Below the pieces are notes generated by a model. It made no database searches, had not been told where the DNA came from, and saw only the letters and a list, made by a program, of their open reading frames with translations. A DNA stretch of 64,000 bases from Nitrosopumilus sp. (GTDB lineage Archaea; Thermoproteota; Nitrososphaeria; Nitrososphaerales; Nitrosopumilaceae): NCBI GenBank assembly GCA_965219345.1, contig OZ244732.1:992001-1056000 (forward strand), written 5' to 3'. This document shows, piece by piece, positions 1 to 11,398 of this stretch (positions are counted from its first letter, which is position 1; every line of letters begins with the position of its first letter). The position numbers and the translations under genes were made by a program.

Positions 1-342
1 CTGAGGGCCAATTACATGGACAATTCCTTGATTAGGACTGTTAATATCAAATAATTTGATTCCAAAGTCTTTACAGTTTTTTTCCAAAGTCTGGATTTGT
101 ACTGCAGAAGATTGATCTAATATTGGAAGAGACCTATCATTTGTTGGAACATTATGATCCATTGTGGCAATGGTAAGATCAGTTCTTCTAACTTTTCTTT
201 GATTCAAACGTAATCCATCAAATGCTTGAGGAGAGGTTACTTCATGTACAAGATGTCTGTCAACATAGATTAGAGAAGGGCCATTTTGTTTTTCAACAAC
301 AACATGAGAATTCCATACTTTTTCAAAAAGAGTTTGTCCCAT
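1..342 (-). CDS. leuC: 3-isopropylmalate dehydratase large subunit (bacterial-type), 5' part; runs off window
   Basis: Manual translation from ATG at 342 gives [15 protein letters not shown]...[21 protein letters not shown], the characteristic LeuC N-terminus. Not in ORF track. Confidence 0.9.
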   Translation of the reverse strand, partial: MGQTLFEKVWNSHVVVEKQNGPSLIYVDRHLVHEVTSPQAFDGLRLNQRKVRRTDLTIATMDHNVPTNDRSLPILDQSSAVQIQTLEKNCKDFGIKLFDINSPNQGIVHVIGPQ

Positions 343-343
343 T

Positions 344-835
344 TCAATCCTGATCTGGCTTGTACTTGAAGAGACCACCAGCAGTGATTATCTTTCCAAT
401 AATTTCCGAAAAAGGTTTCATTTTGTATGTCTGATTTTTGGTAATGTTTTTAATTTCATTGGTAGATAGTGTAATTTCTATTTCATCACCTTCAGAAATT
501 CCATCATATGCATCCCCATCAATCTCAATTGGTAGTAAAAATGCCCCATCAACTGCATTTCGATAAAAAATTCTGGCAAAAGATAATGCAAGTACAGCCT
601 TTACTCCAGAGTGAGACAAAGCAATGGGAGCATGTTCACGAGATGAACCACATCCAAAATTTCTTCCAGATAAAATAAAATCACCTTCTTTTACCTTAGA
701 GTGAAAATCAGGATCCAATCCCTCCATGGCATGAGTGGCAAGTTCAGCATAATCATGAATTTTTAGATATTGGCCTGGAATGATTACGTCAGTATCAATA
801 TTGTCTTGTGCATATTTTATGATATTACCTTTCAT
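344..835 (-). CDS. Isopropylmalate/homoaconitate dehydratase small subunit (archaeal LeuD/HacB type)
   Basis: [10 protein letters not shown] and [11 protein letters not shown] motifs; overlaps stop of the large-subunit gene. Confidence 0.9.
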   Translation of the reverse strand: MKGNIIKYAQDNIDTDVIIPGQYLKIHDYAELATHAMEGLDPDFHSKVKEGDFILSGRNFGCGSSREHAPIALSHSGVKAVLALSFARIFYRNAVDGAFLLPIEIDGDAYDGISEGDEIEITLSTNEIKNITKNQTYKMKPFSEIIGKIITAGGLFKYKPDQD

Positions 836-2103
836 TTCAAGTCCCTTGGATCAGTAATTTTTCCAGTAACTGCTGATGCTGCTGCGACTAGAGGAGATGA
901 AAGATATGTTTGTGATTCAATATGACCCATTCTGCCTGGGAAGTTTCGATTTGTAGTACTGATACAGATTTCATCTTTTGCCAAGACACCCATATGAGCA
1001 CCACAACATGCTCCACAAGTTGGAGGTCCAACTGTTACACCAGCATCTAAGAAAATTTTCAACAGGCCATTTTCCATAGCACGTTGATAAATTGAAATTG
1101 CTGCAGGTAAAATTTCAGTTCTAATCTTTACTTTTCTTCCCTTGAGAATTTTTGCAACTGCTACCAAATCTTCGTATTTTGCACCAGTACAAGATCCAAT
1201 GTACGATTTATCCAATTCAACAGAGGGAGCTTCTCTTACAACTGAAATATTTTCAGGAGAAAATGGTTTTGCAACAACAGGTTCCATCTCTGAACTTTCA
1301 TATTCAAATACTTTGGCATATTCGGCATCGTCGTCACCATTTACCAAATTGACATTTGTAGCTCCTCTACTAGTAAGATAATCAATCACTTTTTGATCTG
1401 GTTCAACAATCCCATTCTTTGCACCTGCTTCAGTAGTCATATTACATAATGTTAGTCTGCTTTCTACAGACATTTCATCAACTCCACTTCCACCAAACTG
1501 CATGGTTCTATATGCACCGCCATCAGTTCCTATATCCCCAATTATTTTTAGGATCAAGTCTTTGGCCATGACATGATCCGGTAATTTTCCATTGATCCTA
1601 AAGTAGTAAGTTTCTGGAACCTTAAACCAAATCTTTCCATTCAACAATACATAAGCAACATCAGTATGTCCTAATCCACAAGCAAATGCACCCAAAGCAC
1701 CAGTTGTGTTAGTGTGAGAATCACCACCAACATAAACGTCACCAGGCATTACTAAAGCCTCTTCATGAGATAAGGTATGGCAAATGCCATATTGTCCCAT
1801 GCCATATTTGAAGTGTTTTTCAATTCCATAATTTTTTGTAAAGTTTGATAATTTTACAATGTTTTCTGCTGAAACTTTTTCTGCGGAAGGAACAAAGTGG
1901 TCTTCTGCTACCCAAACTTTTGTAGGATCCCATAACTTATTAACTGAAATTCCTTGATTCTTTAGTTTCTCAAATACCTTGATGACTCCTGGCCCCGAGA
2001 CATCATGAAGCATCACCTTGTCTACATTGGCAAAAACAACATCATCAGGAGAGACTTGGGTTTTTCCAGATGCGCGTGCAAGAATCTTCTCAATAATATT
2101 CAT
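832..2103 (-). CDS. Isopropylmalate/homoaconitate dehydratase large subunit (archaeal LeuC/HacA type)
   Basis: GGDSHT, IGSCTG, PTCGACCG and STTNRNFPGRMG aconitase-family motifs; ATG at 2103 preferred over track start. Confidence 0.9.
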   Translation of the reverse strand: MNIIEKILARASGKTQVSPDDVVFANVDKVMLHDVSGPGVIKVFEKLKNQGISVNKLWDPTKVWVAEDHFVPSAEKVSAENIVKLSNFTKNYGIEKHFKYGMGQYGICHTLSHEEALVMPGDVYVGGDSHTNTTGALGAFACGLGHTDVAYVLLNGKIWFKVPETYYFRINGKLPDHVMAKDLILKIIGDIGTDGGAYRTMQFGGSGVDEMSVESRLTLCNMTTEAGAKNGIVEPDQKVIDYLTSRGATNVNLVNGDDDAEYAKVFEYESSEMEPVVAKPFSPENISVVREAPSVELDKSYIGSCTGAKYEDLVAVAKILKGRKVKIRTEILPAAISIYQRAMENGLLKIFLDAGVTVGPPTCGACCGAHMGVLAKDEICISTTNRNFPGRMGHIESQTYLSSPLVAAASAVTGKITDPRDLK

Positions 2104-2176
2104 AAACAAAAAAGCTTGTTCTACAGATTAAAAGCTTTTCAGAACAATAAAAAAGAAAAGGTGGGCTCGGAATATT

Positions 2177-2953
2177 ATGCAGTTAACTGTGTTACCACTC
2201 TTAGCAGAGAGAATGGAAGAAAAATTTGATGTTTTCGAGGTCTTATTTGAAACATTAGAAAAGAACAACACAAAATTACAAGAAGGAGATGTTTTAGTAA
2301 TTTCAACAAAATACATCTCAAATTCACAGGGGAGAATTATTGAACTACAAAAAATCAAAATATCAGATGAAGGTTCAGAAATTTCAAAAAAGTTTCAGTT
2401 AAAACCCGAAATTGCTGAAATTATAATCAGGGAATCTGATAAAATTTTTGGCGGTATTGGTGGATTTGTAATTACATCAGCTGACAACATAATGGCACCA
2501 AATGCTGGAATTGATAAATCTAATGCAAAAAAAGGAAGAGTGATTCTATATCCAACTAATCCATACCTTATTGCAGAACAGATTCGTAGAAAAATTTTCT
2601 TAAAATTGTTTATTCATGTTGGTGTAATTCTAGTTGATAGTAGACTAATGCCAGCAAGGATTGGAACATCTGGAGTTGCAATAGCATGTGCTGGAATTGA
2701 ACCGGTTTTTGATATGAGATCAAAAAAAGATCTTGATGGGAATCCATTAAAAGTAACATTTCAAGCCGTAGTTGATAATCTTGCAACAATTGCAAATCAT
2801 AAGATGGGTGAAGGCGCAGAGTCAAAACCATTTGCAATAGTTAGAAATTCAGGTGCAAAACTCACTGATAGAAAAATAAATCATTCAGAGATGGCAATAT
2901 CTCCAGATCAATGTGTTTACGTTAGAGGATTATCAAATCCCGTAAAGAGTTAG
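2177..2953 (+). CDS. cofE: Coenzyme F420:L-glutamate ligase
   Basis: GDVLVISTK, PNAGIDKSN, DSR..P.R.GT.GVAI and MGEGAE motifs. Confidence 0.85.
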   Translation: MQLTVLPLLAERMEEKFDVFEVLFETLEKNNTKLQEGDVLVISTKYISNSQGRIIELQKIKISDEGSEISKKFQLKPEIAEIIIRESDKIFGGIGGFVITSADNIMAPNAGIDKSNAKKGRVILYPTNPYLIAEQIRRKIFLKLFIHVGVILVDSRLMPARIGTSGVAIACAGIEPVFDMRSKKDLDGNPLKVTFQAVVDNLATIANHKMGEGAESKPFAIVRNSGAKLTDRKINHSEMAISPDQCVYVRGLSNPVKS

Positions 2954-3000
2954 AATTCTGGTTTGTTCGACTTTAAATAGAGGTATTTTGGGAACGGATT

Positions 3001-3555
3001 ATGGAATATCTTACCACATACCCAAAAACAATTTCATTTCTTGATGGATTAAAACACAAGATTGATGTTGATAGTAAGAACGGGGTTGAACAACTTCATG
3101 TTGTGGTAAAGAAGAGTTTTGAAGAATTGATGAAAATTTTTTCAGAAGAAGGATTCACTAAAGTAAAATTAGAGCACAAGCAACCAGGACAAATTGGAAA
3201 CGGACTTAATCTAAAGTTAAAAAAACCATGGGAGATGCACATTAGAATGGTTGATCTCAAAAAAGGATTAATTGGAATTCATGCAGAAGTAGAGGTTTCA
3301 AGAGACTATCTTCAACATTTGTTCTCTCAGAGAACCCCAGTTATTTACGAGGTAGAAGAGATTCTAAAAAAATACCAAGTAGAGTCTAGCATTTGGCATG
3401 ATAAAATAAAGAAAAACGTTCATGTAATTTTAGATAACTATAAAGTGAAACTTGCAACTCCAGGTATTCCAGTATTTGCATGGAAACCAATGTTATTTGT
3501 GATTGGAACAATTGCTGCTTTTTATGGTTGGAAATATTTCAACACAATCTGGTAG
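3001..3555 (+). CDS. Hypothetical protein with C-terminal transmembrane helix
   Basis: 184-aa ORF with host-like composition and an upstream TTTAAA TATA-like element. Confidence 0.75.
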   Translation: MEYLTTYPKTISFLDGLKHKIDVDSKNGVEQLHVVVKKSFEELMKIFSEEGFTKVKLEHKQPGQIGNGLNLKLKKPWEMHIRMVDLKKGLIGIHAEVEVSRDYLQHLFSQRTPVIYEVEEILKKYQVESSIWHDKIKKNVHVILDNYKVKLATPGIPVFAWKPMLFVIGTIAAFYGWKYFNTIW

Positions 3556-3556
3556 T

Positions 3557-3982
3557 TTAAACACCCAGAGTTTCAGCTTTGCTTAATTCTAAAAATACCT
3601 TATCTCCAACTGCAAGACCCATCTCTTTGTATTCGTGCATTTCAAGTTTTAATTGAGTGATATTTCCCTGCATTCCCATACCTGGGCCCATACCGCCAGC
3701 TAACATTTTGTTCAGATCCTTCATCATGTCATTCATGTTTGTAAATCCCATGACCTTAGGGCTGCCAAAAGCAGGTGGTGGGTTTTGCGTTCCTTCTTTG
3801 AGATCTTTCATTGAGGATAATGAGACTACTACATATGGTGCTCCATCAGGTGCTGCATCAATACTTTTTACTACATATTCTTTCTTCATGTCTGAAATAA
3901 CTAACTCATGACATATAATTTTAATTTTAAGGTGAATTTGACCCAATATCACTTGGTTTGAAGCTTTAATTACAATTTTCAT
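3557..3982 (-). CDS. Hypothetical protein (true start probably internal, near MKKEYVV)
   Basis: ORF track; convergent with preceding gene. Confidence 0.65.
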   Translation of the reverse strand: MKIVIKASNQVILGQIHLKIKIICHELVISDMKKEYVVKSIDAAPDGAPYVVVSLSSMKDLKEGTQNPPPAFGSPKVMGFTNMNDMMKDLNKMLAGGMGPGMGMQGNITQLKLEMHEYKEMGLAVGDKVFLELSKAETLGV

Positions 3983-3994
3983 GATTTTAAATTA

Positions 3995-4528
3995 TTGCCA
4001 GAAAAGTTGAATACAACATTACGGTATTACGGAATTTCGCCATGGGAAATTGAAGTTCTTTATGGATATCTAAATTCTCATTTTACGATCATTCAAGATG
4101 AGATTGAACCAAACGATGAGGATTTTGTGAGTTTTTTAGAGATGGAAATTCCTCTTCCGTTTAATGAAGCATTTTTTCAATGGTTTGATTTCAAACGCTG
4201 GGAAAAAATCAAAGCAGTTTTCAAAGAGATTAAAAGAAGAAGAGGTGGTAGAAATGCTTTAAAAATTAAAATTAATTTTTCTGGAGATCCAAGAATTGTT
4301 TTTACTGTTGATAGTGAAGATAGGCATTGGTTCAATAGTGCTGTGGACAAGATTGATTTTGTTTTAGAATTATTGCCATATCACCTTAATCCTGAAAAAC
4401 TACCATCAGGAATTTCAGAAATAATTTACAAGTTTGATTCAAAATCAGGTAGATGGCGCCTTAGCACAAAATCATCTGAAAATAAGAAATATACTTTCAT
4501 AGAAGACTCCTGGAAACAGATTACTTGA
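3995..4528 (+). CDS. Hypothetical protein
   Basis: 177-aa ORF, TTG start. Confidence 0.7.
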   Translation: MPEKLNTTLRYYGISPWEIEVLYGYLNSHFTIIQDEIEPNDEDFVSFLEMEIPLPFNEAFFQWFDFKRWEKIKAVFKEIKRRRGGRNALKIKINFSGDPRIVFTVDSEDRHWFNSAVDKIDFVLELLPYHLNPEKLPSGISEIIYKFDSKSGRWRLSTKSSENKKYTFIEDSWKQIT

Positions 4529-4961
4529 GATCTTTCTGTAACGGTTCTAATAATTTATGGAGTTCTTTGTATTTTGATTCTATAAATTCCAAAGCAGAAC
4601 CTAATCTCTTGGATTTGCCATACTTGTAACGAATAAGTTCACGATGATGCCAGTATGTTTTTCCTTCATCAACTAAGAGAGTTGTAAAATAATCTGTTCC
4701 TTTCAAATTATCAGGAAGTTTTACATCATGAGGAAATAACATATCTACGATAAACCACTCATCCCCGTCAGGGTAATCAGAGCCAGTATCTACATCAAAA
4801 AATATGTGAAGTAGATCAGACTGCATTAGGCCATCATCATTGATAGAAGGATGTTTTATTGATGATTTTTTAAAATCTAGATTAATCAGCTGAGTTTCAA
4901 AGAAATACTTGATAATTGATCTTCTAAATATTTTATTTGGCTCATTTATGTTCAATAGCAA
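4521..4961 (-). CDS. Hypothetical protein
   Basis: 146-aa ORF. Confidence 0.7.
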   Translation of the reverse strand: MLLNINEPNKIFRRSIIKYFFETQLINLDFKKSSIKHPSINDDGLMQSDLLHIFFDVDTGSDYPDGDEWFIVDMLFPHDVKLPDNLKGTDYFTTLLVDEGKTYWHHRELIRYKYGKSKRLGSALEFIESKYKELHKLLEPLQKDLK

Positions 4962-5003
4962 AATAATCTACAAACTAGTCTATAACTTGTTAGGTACCTA
5001 GTT

Positions 5004-5966
5004 TCAAACTTGTAAGGAATCAAGAATTTTTGAAACATCTGTTATAGGTATTCCATTTTCTGAAATCTTTTGTTTGGCAGGAGGGTTTTCAAGATAATTT
5101 GGAATTTTATCTTTCAAACGAATTGTGAATGGAGAAATGAGTTCGTTTTGATAAAATACGCCTGTTGGTATCTTGGTTCCCCATTCTAAAGATTTGATCA
5201 GGGCTTGAGATAGTTTTTCATTTACTTCAACCTCGTTGTCATAATGCACTAAAGGATCAAACTGAGTATCCTCAAGTTTGTAAATTCTGGAATGTCTCTC
5301 TATTGATTCTTGGGCCAAATCTACGCCAGCATACCAATCTCTTGTATTGATATCATTGTAAGTAGGACATGGTTGCAAAACATCAAGAAATGCTAGGCCT
5401 TTGTGTTCTACAGCCTTAATTATCAAATCTTTGAGGTGTTTGACATCATAAGAATAACCCCTGGCAACAAATGTAAAACCACTTGCTACAGCCAAACCGA
5501 TTGGGTTGACATCATAATTTGTATTTGGAGAAGGCAATGATTTTGTCTGTTCTCCAAGTTTTAGAGTGGGAGATGCTTGGCCCTTTGTTAGCCCGTAAAC
5601 ACCATTATCAAAAATTATGTAAGTCATGTCTACATTTCGTCTTCCAGCTGCAACAAAATGACCAGCCCCTATTCCTAGCCCATCACCATCTCCACCAACT
5701 GCCACTACTGTCATCTCAGGATTTGCTAGCTTGCCACCTTGGGCAAAAGTAAGAACTCTGCCATGCAAAGTATGAACTCCGTATGTATTGATAAAGTGAG
5801 AAGTTTTTCCAGAGCATCCAATACCTGAAAAAATTGTTGCCTTGTCTCTTTCTATTCCCATTTCTGCTAATGCCATCTGTAATGCATTTACTATTCCGAA
5901 ATCCCCACAACCGGGACACCAATCATTATGTACGTCGGTTTTGTAGTCGGCAAGCTTAAGCGCCAT
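5004..5966 (-). CDS. 2-oxoacid:ferredoxin oxidoreductase beta subunit
   Basis: [18 protein letters not shown] and the TPP-binding GGDGD...N motif. Confidence 0.95.
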   Translation of the reverse strand: MALKLADYKTDVHNDWCPGCGDFGIVNALQMALAEMGIERDKATIFSGIGCSGKTSHFINTYGVHTLHGRVLTFAQGGKLANPEMTVVAVGGDGDGLGIGAGHFVAAGRRNVDMTYIIFDNGVYGLTKGQASPTLKLGEQTKSLPSPNTNYDVNPIGLAVASGFTFVARGYSYDVKHLKDLIIKAVEHKGLAFLDVLQPCPTYNDINTRDWYAGVDLAQESIERHSRIYKLEDTQFDPLVHYDNEVEVNEKLSQALIKSLEWGTKIPTGVFYQNELISPFTIRLKDKIPNYLENPPAKQKISENGIPITDVSKILDSLQV

Positions 5967-7863
5967 GAGTTAGAACCTCCCTCTTGTCAGCTTTGTTTTC
6001 AACAATTTTCTTAAGTGAATCATAAATTTCAGTGCTAGTCATTCCTCGTCCTGTATATTTTAGTATAAAATAATCAATATCCTTAAGGACATTTTGTTTA
6101 AAGATTTGACCTAATTGTCCTGAATGATTTGCTTCAATGTCAATTATTATTTTTGTGTCCTTGAGAAGAGAGTTTACATAATCAGTTGGAAAAGGATGAA
6201 TTAGTTTAATTTGAATAAATCCAATGTCGATTCCTTCTTTTTTTAGCATAGAGATGGCATCTAAGATAGGACCTTTTGTAGAACCCCAAGAAACTATGGT
6301 ATGTTCATGTGCACCAAAAGAGACTGCTTGCTCCTCATCAGGGATTCTTTCTAATGCTAAATCTAGTCTGGACATTCTTTTGTCCATCATCTGAATTCTC
6401 CCTACGGGATCTTCAGAGATATGGCCATATTCATCAGATTCATCGCCTGTATTCCAAAAAATACCGTTATCCAGCCCAAGGCTAGATCTAGGAGAAATGC
6501 CATCATCAGTAAAGGCAAATCTCTTGTATTCACCTTCAACTTTGTCTAGTAGTTTGCCTCTGTCAATTGTAATCTTATTTGGCTCAAATCTTTTGCATGT
6601 CACAACAGAACTTGATAGAAATTTGTCCATCATATGAATAACAGGAATTTGAAAAACATCCGCATAGTTAAAGCATCTTCCCGTATCATAGAAACTTTCT
6701 TCGATATCTCCTGAAGCATATACAATCTTTGGAAAGTCTCCAGCACCTGCATGAACTGCAAAAAGAAGATCATCCTGTCCATGTCTTGTTGGAAGACCTG
6801 TTGATGGTCCACTTCTTTGATATAGAGTAATCACAATAGGGACTTCATTAATTCCAGCCCATCCTATTGCTTCAGTCATTAATGCAAACCCGGGACCAGA
6901 AGTTGACGTTGAGGAACGTGTACCAGTTAATGCGGCACCAATCATCATTCCTATGGCAGAGATCTCATCCTCAGTCTGGATTACAGCTGTAGAACCAGGC
7001 CTGTCATCTTGAATTTGTAAAATTTCATTTGATTCCAGGTGGTTGCTTTCATCAGAAGCTGGAGTGATTGGATAATATGATTGAAATCTACAGCCTGAAA
7101 CCATTTTTCCAATTGAAGTTCCGTAATGACCCTGAACAAGAATGGTGTAAGGTTGTTTTGTGGTTCCTGTTAAACTATGTTCAAAGTTTTCAAATTTGGA
7201 AGCATAATTGTAAGAGTAGTTTGCCGCTTGTTTGTTTATCTCTGCAATTTGGGGTTTTTTTGAAAATATCGTATCAATTGAATGAAGTAAAAAATCAGAG
7301 GGCATTTTGATTAATCCCAAAGACAGTGAGACGCCAATTACATTATACATTCTAACCAGACCACGTAATTTTGGATTGTCTACCTCTTGAGCAAGGTTTT
7401 CTAGAATTTTCTTAAAAGATACCGGGTAAAGAGTGACGCCTTTTTCTTTTGCAATCTCAAGAACCCCACCTATAGTAAATGGCTTATTTTTTGATTCAAG
7501 AAATTTGTCTAGTCGTTCTTTGAATGGAGAGTCAAGGGTACGAACCCTGTCTGTATCAACATCTTCTAATTCAGAATCATAGATGATTCCACCATTAGCA
7601 GAAACTTCATCAAAATGACGAAAAATTGTTTCAGCATCAAATGACGCCATTAACGTTACATCATTAACATTTGAATGAATTTTTTGATCAGATACCCTTA
7701 CTGTAAAGTAACTGTGCTCACCTTTGATATTTGAATAAAATTCTCTTTTTCCAAATATTTGGTATCCCATCTCTGCACATACACGAGAAAAGATATTTGC
7801 ACCTGATTCTACTCCACTGCCTTGTGGACCTCCAATTAGCCATGTAAAGTCAACTAAACTCAC
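5956..7863 (-). CDS. 2-oxoacid:ferredoxin oxidoreductase alpha subunit (gamma-alpha fusion)
   Basis: GGPQGSGV N-terminus, [17 protein letters not shown] and [11 protein letters not shown]. Confidence 0.95.
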   Translation of the reverse strand: MSLVDFTWLIGGPQGSGVESGANIFSRVCAEMGYQIFGKREFYSNIKGEHSYFTVRVSDQKIHSNVNDVTLMASFDAETIFRHFDEVSANGGIIYDSELEDVDTDRVRTLDSPFKERLDKFLESKNKPFTIGGVLEIAKEKGVTLYPVSFKKILENLAQEVDNPKLRGLVRMYNVIGVSLSLGLIKMPSDFLLHSIDTIFSKKPQIAEINKQAANYSYNYASKFENFEHSLTGTTKQPYTILVQGHYGTSIGKMVSGCRFQSYYPITPASDESNHLESNEILQIQDDRPGSTAVIQTEDEISAIGMMIGAALTGTRSSTSTSGPGFALMTEAIGWAGINEVPIVITLYQRSGPSTGLPTRHGQDDLLFAVHAGAGDFPKIVYASGDIEESFYDTGRCFNYADVFQIPVIHMMDKFLSSSVVTCKRFEPNKITIDRGKLLDKVEGEYKRFAFTDDGISPRSSLGLDNGIFWNTGDESDEYGHISEDPVGRIQMMDKRMSRLDLALERIPDEEQAVSFGAHEHTIVSWGSTKGPILDAISMLKKEGIDIGFIQIKLIHPFPTDYVNSLLKDTKIIIDIEANHSGQLGQIFKQNVLKDIDYFILKYTGRGMTSTEIYDSLKKIVENKADKREVLTHGA

Positions 7864-7912
7864 AGCAAGTCACCTTTATTTTGAATAGTAATAATCTGTC
7901 TTGTCAATTTGA

Positions 7913-8071
7913 TTAGCCTCCGGTTGCCGCATCAAATAATGCACATTCACATTTGTCACGTTCCCCACAATAAGGACAGACACAAGCACACTTTTCGATA
8001 GAACTTCCACATTCTACACAAATGGCAAACTCTTCTTCTTCTTCTTCTTCTTCTTTAACTTCAGAAGACAT
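7913..8071 (-). CDS. Small Cys-rich (metal-binding) protein
   Basis: ATG at 8071 gives MSSEVK-E8-FAICVECG..CACVCPYCG..CEC; 52 aa. Confidence 0.65.
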   Translation of the reverse strand: MSSEVKEEEEEEEEFAICVECGSSIEKCACVCPYCGERDKCECALFDAATGG

Positions 8072-8122
8072 GAATGATTTACAAAGAAATCGTATAAATG
8101 GTTTGAGATAAACCTGAAGTTG

Positions 8123-9091
8123 ATGAAAAAGAAAGTGTTTCTTACAAGAACATTGCATGATTTTGCATTAAAGGAATTAAAAAAAAGATATCAGATAGAA
8201 GTTCATTCTGGAAAAATTCCTATCCCTCAAACTAAGCTACGAACAAAAATTAAAGAAATTGATGGACTGATCTGCTTTCCATACGATGAAATCAATAAAG
8301 CAACAATAGACTTGGCCAAGAATCTAAAAGTGATTAGTACCTACAGTGTTGGTTTTGATCATATCGACATTAAACATGCCAAGAAAAAGAAAATTCATGT
8401 TGGTTATGCCCCAGAAGTATTAACAGATGCAACTGCTGATCTTGCATTCTCACTATTACTTGACATATTAAGAAGAGTCTCAGAAGGGGATAGAATTACT
8501 CGAAGCGGGAAATGGAAGGTAATCTATGGGGCATATGATTATGTGGGACTGGATCTTCAAGGTAAAACTCTCGGCATTTTGGGCCTGGGCAGAATTGGAA
8601 AGACTCTTGCCAAAAGAGCAAAGGCATTTGACATGAAATTAACGTATAACAGTAGGAAACGTGTCTCCAAGGCTAGAGAGAAGACATTAGGAATAAAATA
8701 CGTCTCATTTGAAAAACTAATCACACAAAGCGATATTATTTCAATTCATGTGCCGCGCACAAAAGAAACAGATCATATGTTTGATGTGAAAATTTTTAGA
8801 AAAATGAAAAAATCAGCATTTTTGATTAATACGTCCAGAGGAAAAATTGTTAATGAAAAAGATCTTGTGACGGCATTAAAGAAAAAAATGATTGCAGGAG
8901 CTGGATTAGACGTATTTGAGGCAGAGCCAATAAGTGAAAAACATCCATTGGTAAAATTACAAAATGTTGTACTGGCGCCACACATAGGAAGTTCAACAAA
9001 AGAGACTAGGGCCAAAATGGCAGAAATTACTGTTAAAAATCTGAATCTTGGAATGAATGGAAAAAGACCGATCTACTCAGTAGGGTATTGA
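8123..9091 (+). CDS. D-isomer-specific 2-hydroxyacid dehydrogenase (glyoxylate reductase type)
   Basis: GLGRIG Rossmann motif, INTSRG, GLDVFEAEP and PHIGS. Confidence 0.93.
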   Translation: MKKKVFLTRTLHDFALKELKKRYQIEVHSGKIPIPQTKLRTKIKEIDGLICFPYDEINKATIDLAKNLKVISTYSVGFDHIDIKHAKKKKIHVGYAPEVLTDATADLAFSLLLDILRRVSEGDRITRSGKWKVIYGAYDYVGLDLQGKTLGILGLGRIGKTLAKRAKAFDMKLTYNSRKRVSKAREKTLGIKYVSFEKLITQSDIISIHVPRTKETDHMFDVKIFRKMKKSAFLINTSRGKIVNEKDLVTALKKKMIAGAGLDVFEAEPISEKHPLVKLQNVVLAPHIGSSTKETRAKMAEITVKNLNLGMNGKRPIYSVGY

Positions 9092-9287
9092 TTTTCACGC
9101 ATGAGTTGCAATCAAAAAAATGTTGAGTTTTTATATCTAAATTTCAAACCAGTATTAGATTGAAAAAATTCAAACATACAAACGAAGAATTAGAATTAGC
9201 TAAGTTACAATCTGAAAAAGAGAAGAAGGAAAAAGAATCTAAAGAATAATGTTTTTTCTCCTTGTCTTTTTCAGACAAGGTTTTTTT

Positions 9288-9662
9288 TTAAAAATTAATT
9301 TTAGAAGAATATTTTTGGTTTAATTCGTCATAGACTTTTTTTCTTTCAGAAATTACTATTCTAGATTCATCGTACATTTTCGCAAAAAATGCTGCTAAAA
9401 CACGATCCTTATTCTCATTGAAGAATCTTACGCTAAAACTAGTACGTTCAGGCTTTTCTTCCCGTACAAATTCTGCTGATTTTATCAATTCTGAATCAAT
9501 ATGCATGTGTGCTGGACCATCATTATCACCAATAGTAATCCACTTTTCTTTTTGTCTAATGCCAAGAGAATTGCTTTTAACCTCGCTGACGGCACCTTCA
9601 TTTCTTACGATAAGCAAAATATCGTCAATTCTGACTAAATCAGATAATAAATCAAAAAGCAT
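9288..9662 (-). CDS. ChuX/HutX-family heme utilisation carrier-like protein
   Basis: IVRNEGAVSEV, HMHID and SFSVRFFN pattern. Confidence 0.65.
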   Translation of the reverse strand: MLFDLLSDLVRIDDILLIVRNEGAVSEVKSNSLGIRQKEKWITIGDNDGPAHMHIDSELIKSAEFVREEKPERTSFSVRFFNENKDRVLAAFFAKMYDESRIVISERKKVYDELNQKYSSKINF

Positions 9663-9701
9663 TAGATGTTCTTGAAGTTAAAGTTATTTCAGTATTTAGA
9701 A

Positions 9702-9971
9702 TTATTTCATATCAATTTGGACAAAATCATCCGTATCTGCATGAATGCAGTCAGTTCCAACTGCTTTTAGAGGTGAAAAACTAATTTTGCCATCATGAAC
9801 CTTTCCTTCATTTTGAAGAATTCCAATTTTGCCAGATACAATTTGTTTATGCTTTTCACAGGTCACTCCAACCATGTATTCATCCGGATCGGAAATAACT
9901 GATACGACAAATTCAGGAGGGTTGACACATTGTTTTCCCTCTTCTAATACTGAGCACTTGTCTGGAAGCAT
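9702..9971 (-). CDS. Hypothetical Cys-containing protein
   Basis: 89-aa ORF co-oriented with neighbours. Confidence 0.65.
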   Translation of the reverse strand: MLPDKCSVLEEGKQCVNPPEFVVSVISDPDEYMVGVTCEKHKQIVSGKIGILQNEGKVHDGKISFSPLKAVGTDCIHADTDDFVQIDMK

Positions 9972-9997
9972 AATCGAATTTCAACTGCTATGGGATA

Positions 9998-11320
9998 TTA
10001 AGCTTGATTGATTACATCATCAAAATTCCAAATGGATTCTTTAGAATTTTCCTTGTAATCTAAAAATCCTTTTTCTTGAAGTTTTTGAACGATAAAAGCA
10101 GAGTATGCTGGAGCGCCAGTTGCACCGGGAGAATTATAGTTGATTATGTTGAAGGAATGTTCATTTTCAAGCTCCATCACATCCAACAAAAATTTTCCCT
10201 GAGGGGCGATAATCGGAGAGCGAATACCTGCGGTTCCTTTTTTTGAGAAAAATTCAGGTTTTACTTTTGGAATAAACCTTTGTACGCGACTGATCATTGC
10301 AGTTTTTGAAATAGAACTGAGCCATTCTTTTGAAATTAGGGACAAGAATTCAGGATTAGAAAATAGTTTTTTTGCATTACCGGCAACCACATCTTTCAGT
10401 TTTGAAAGTGAGGTCCCTAAATCTCCAATGTACCCTTCATAAGTTTCTGGGCTTGGGACTGGAACTGCATTTGGACCGACCTCTGCTTGACCATTTGCTT
10501 TTTTTATCCAATGTGGGTCCAAGAACGGATATCCTTTGAATTCTGCCACGGTGTAAATTGATGTTTTTACAAGGTCACTGTATTGAGGATCTGCAATCCA
10601 ATATTCGCCTCTAAAATGAAGATCAGAGTATTCTGTTGCAAGACCTAGCATCTGTGCAACATCTAAAGAATTTCCCCCTGCACAATTAATCACAAGATTT
10701 GCAGAAACATTTGAACCATCATTAAAAATTATTGAAGAATCTTTTTCATTTCTTTTAATGTCTTTCACATTTTTTTCTAAAAGAAAATTTGTTCCTAGTT
10801 TTTCTGATTCTTTTTTTATTTCATTTGTAAATATGCCAAAGTCAGAAGACACCTCACGCTTACAATAAACTGCAGAGTGACACTCTACATTAGGTTCCAT
10901 TTTAGAAACGTCTTTGCCATCTAAAAGTTCTAGATCTTGCGAAGGAATTCGGTTTTCATCACCCCATTGCATAAATTCTTCAAGACTTTTGTGTTGTTCC
11001 TCATTTAGTGCTAATTCCAGTACGCCAGTTCTTTCCCATGGAACATTTGCTTTTTTTGCAAGTTTTTCCCACATATCATAGGAGATTAGAGCTGATTTTG
11101 CAAGAACTTTTTTTGTTTTAGGATCAAGATAAAATGGAGAATGCACTACACCAGTATTTCTGCTGCTTGCATGCATAGAAACATTTGACTCCTTTTCAAT
11201 TACACACAAATTTACGTCATAAAGTGATGAAATCCAATAAGAGATACTAGTACCTAAGATACCTCCACCGATAATGGCAATATCATATTTTGACACAACT
11301 AAATCAGATAATCCAGACAT
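9998..11320 (-). CDS. FAD-dependent oxidoreductase, L-2-hydroxyglutarate oxidase (LhgO)-like
   Basis: IIGGGILG, HASSRNTGVVH, FRGEY and SPGAT motifs. Confidence 0.85.
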   Translation of the reverse strand: MSGLSDLVVSKYDIAIIGGGILGTSISYWISSLYDVNLCVIEKESNVSMHASSRNTGVVHSPFYLDPKTKKVLAKSALISYDMWEKLAKKANVPWERTGVLELALNEEQHKSLEEFMQWGDENRIPSQDLELLDGKDVSKMEPNVECHSAVYCKREVSSDFGIFTNEIKKESEKLGTNFLLEKNVKDIKRNEKDSSIIFNDGSNVSANLVINCAGGNSLDVAQMLGLATEYSDLHFRGEYWIADPQYSDLVKTSIYTVAEFKGYPFLDPHWIKKANGQAEVGPNAVPVPSPETYEGYIGDLGTSLSKLKDVVAGNAKKLFSNPEFLSLISKEWLSSISKTAMISRVQRFIPKVKPEFFSKKGTAGIRSPIIAPQGKFLLDVMELENEHSFNIINYNSPGATGAPAYSAFIVQKLQEKGFLDYKENSKESIWNFDDVINQA

Positions 11321-11398
11321 TAATGGATTTTGAAATTAAGAATGGTGTTGGGAGGGAGATCTGTCACCTTTCCCAAACCAAAGGTAACAGAAACACAA

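Noticed and set aside
1-2103. Two LeuC-like genes side by side as a novelty
   Set aside because: Readily explained as paralogous aconitase-family enzymes for leucine and lysine/isoleucine pathways; ordinary core content.
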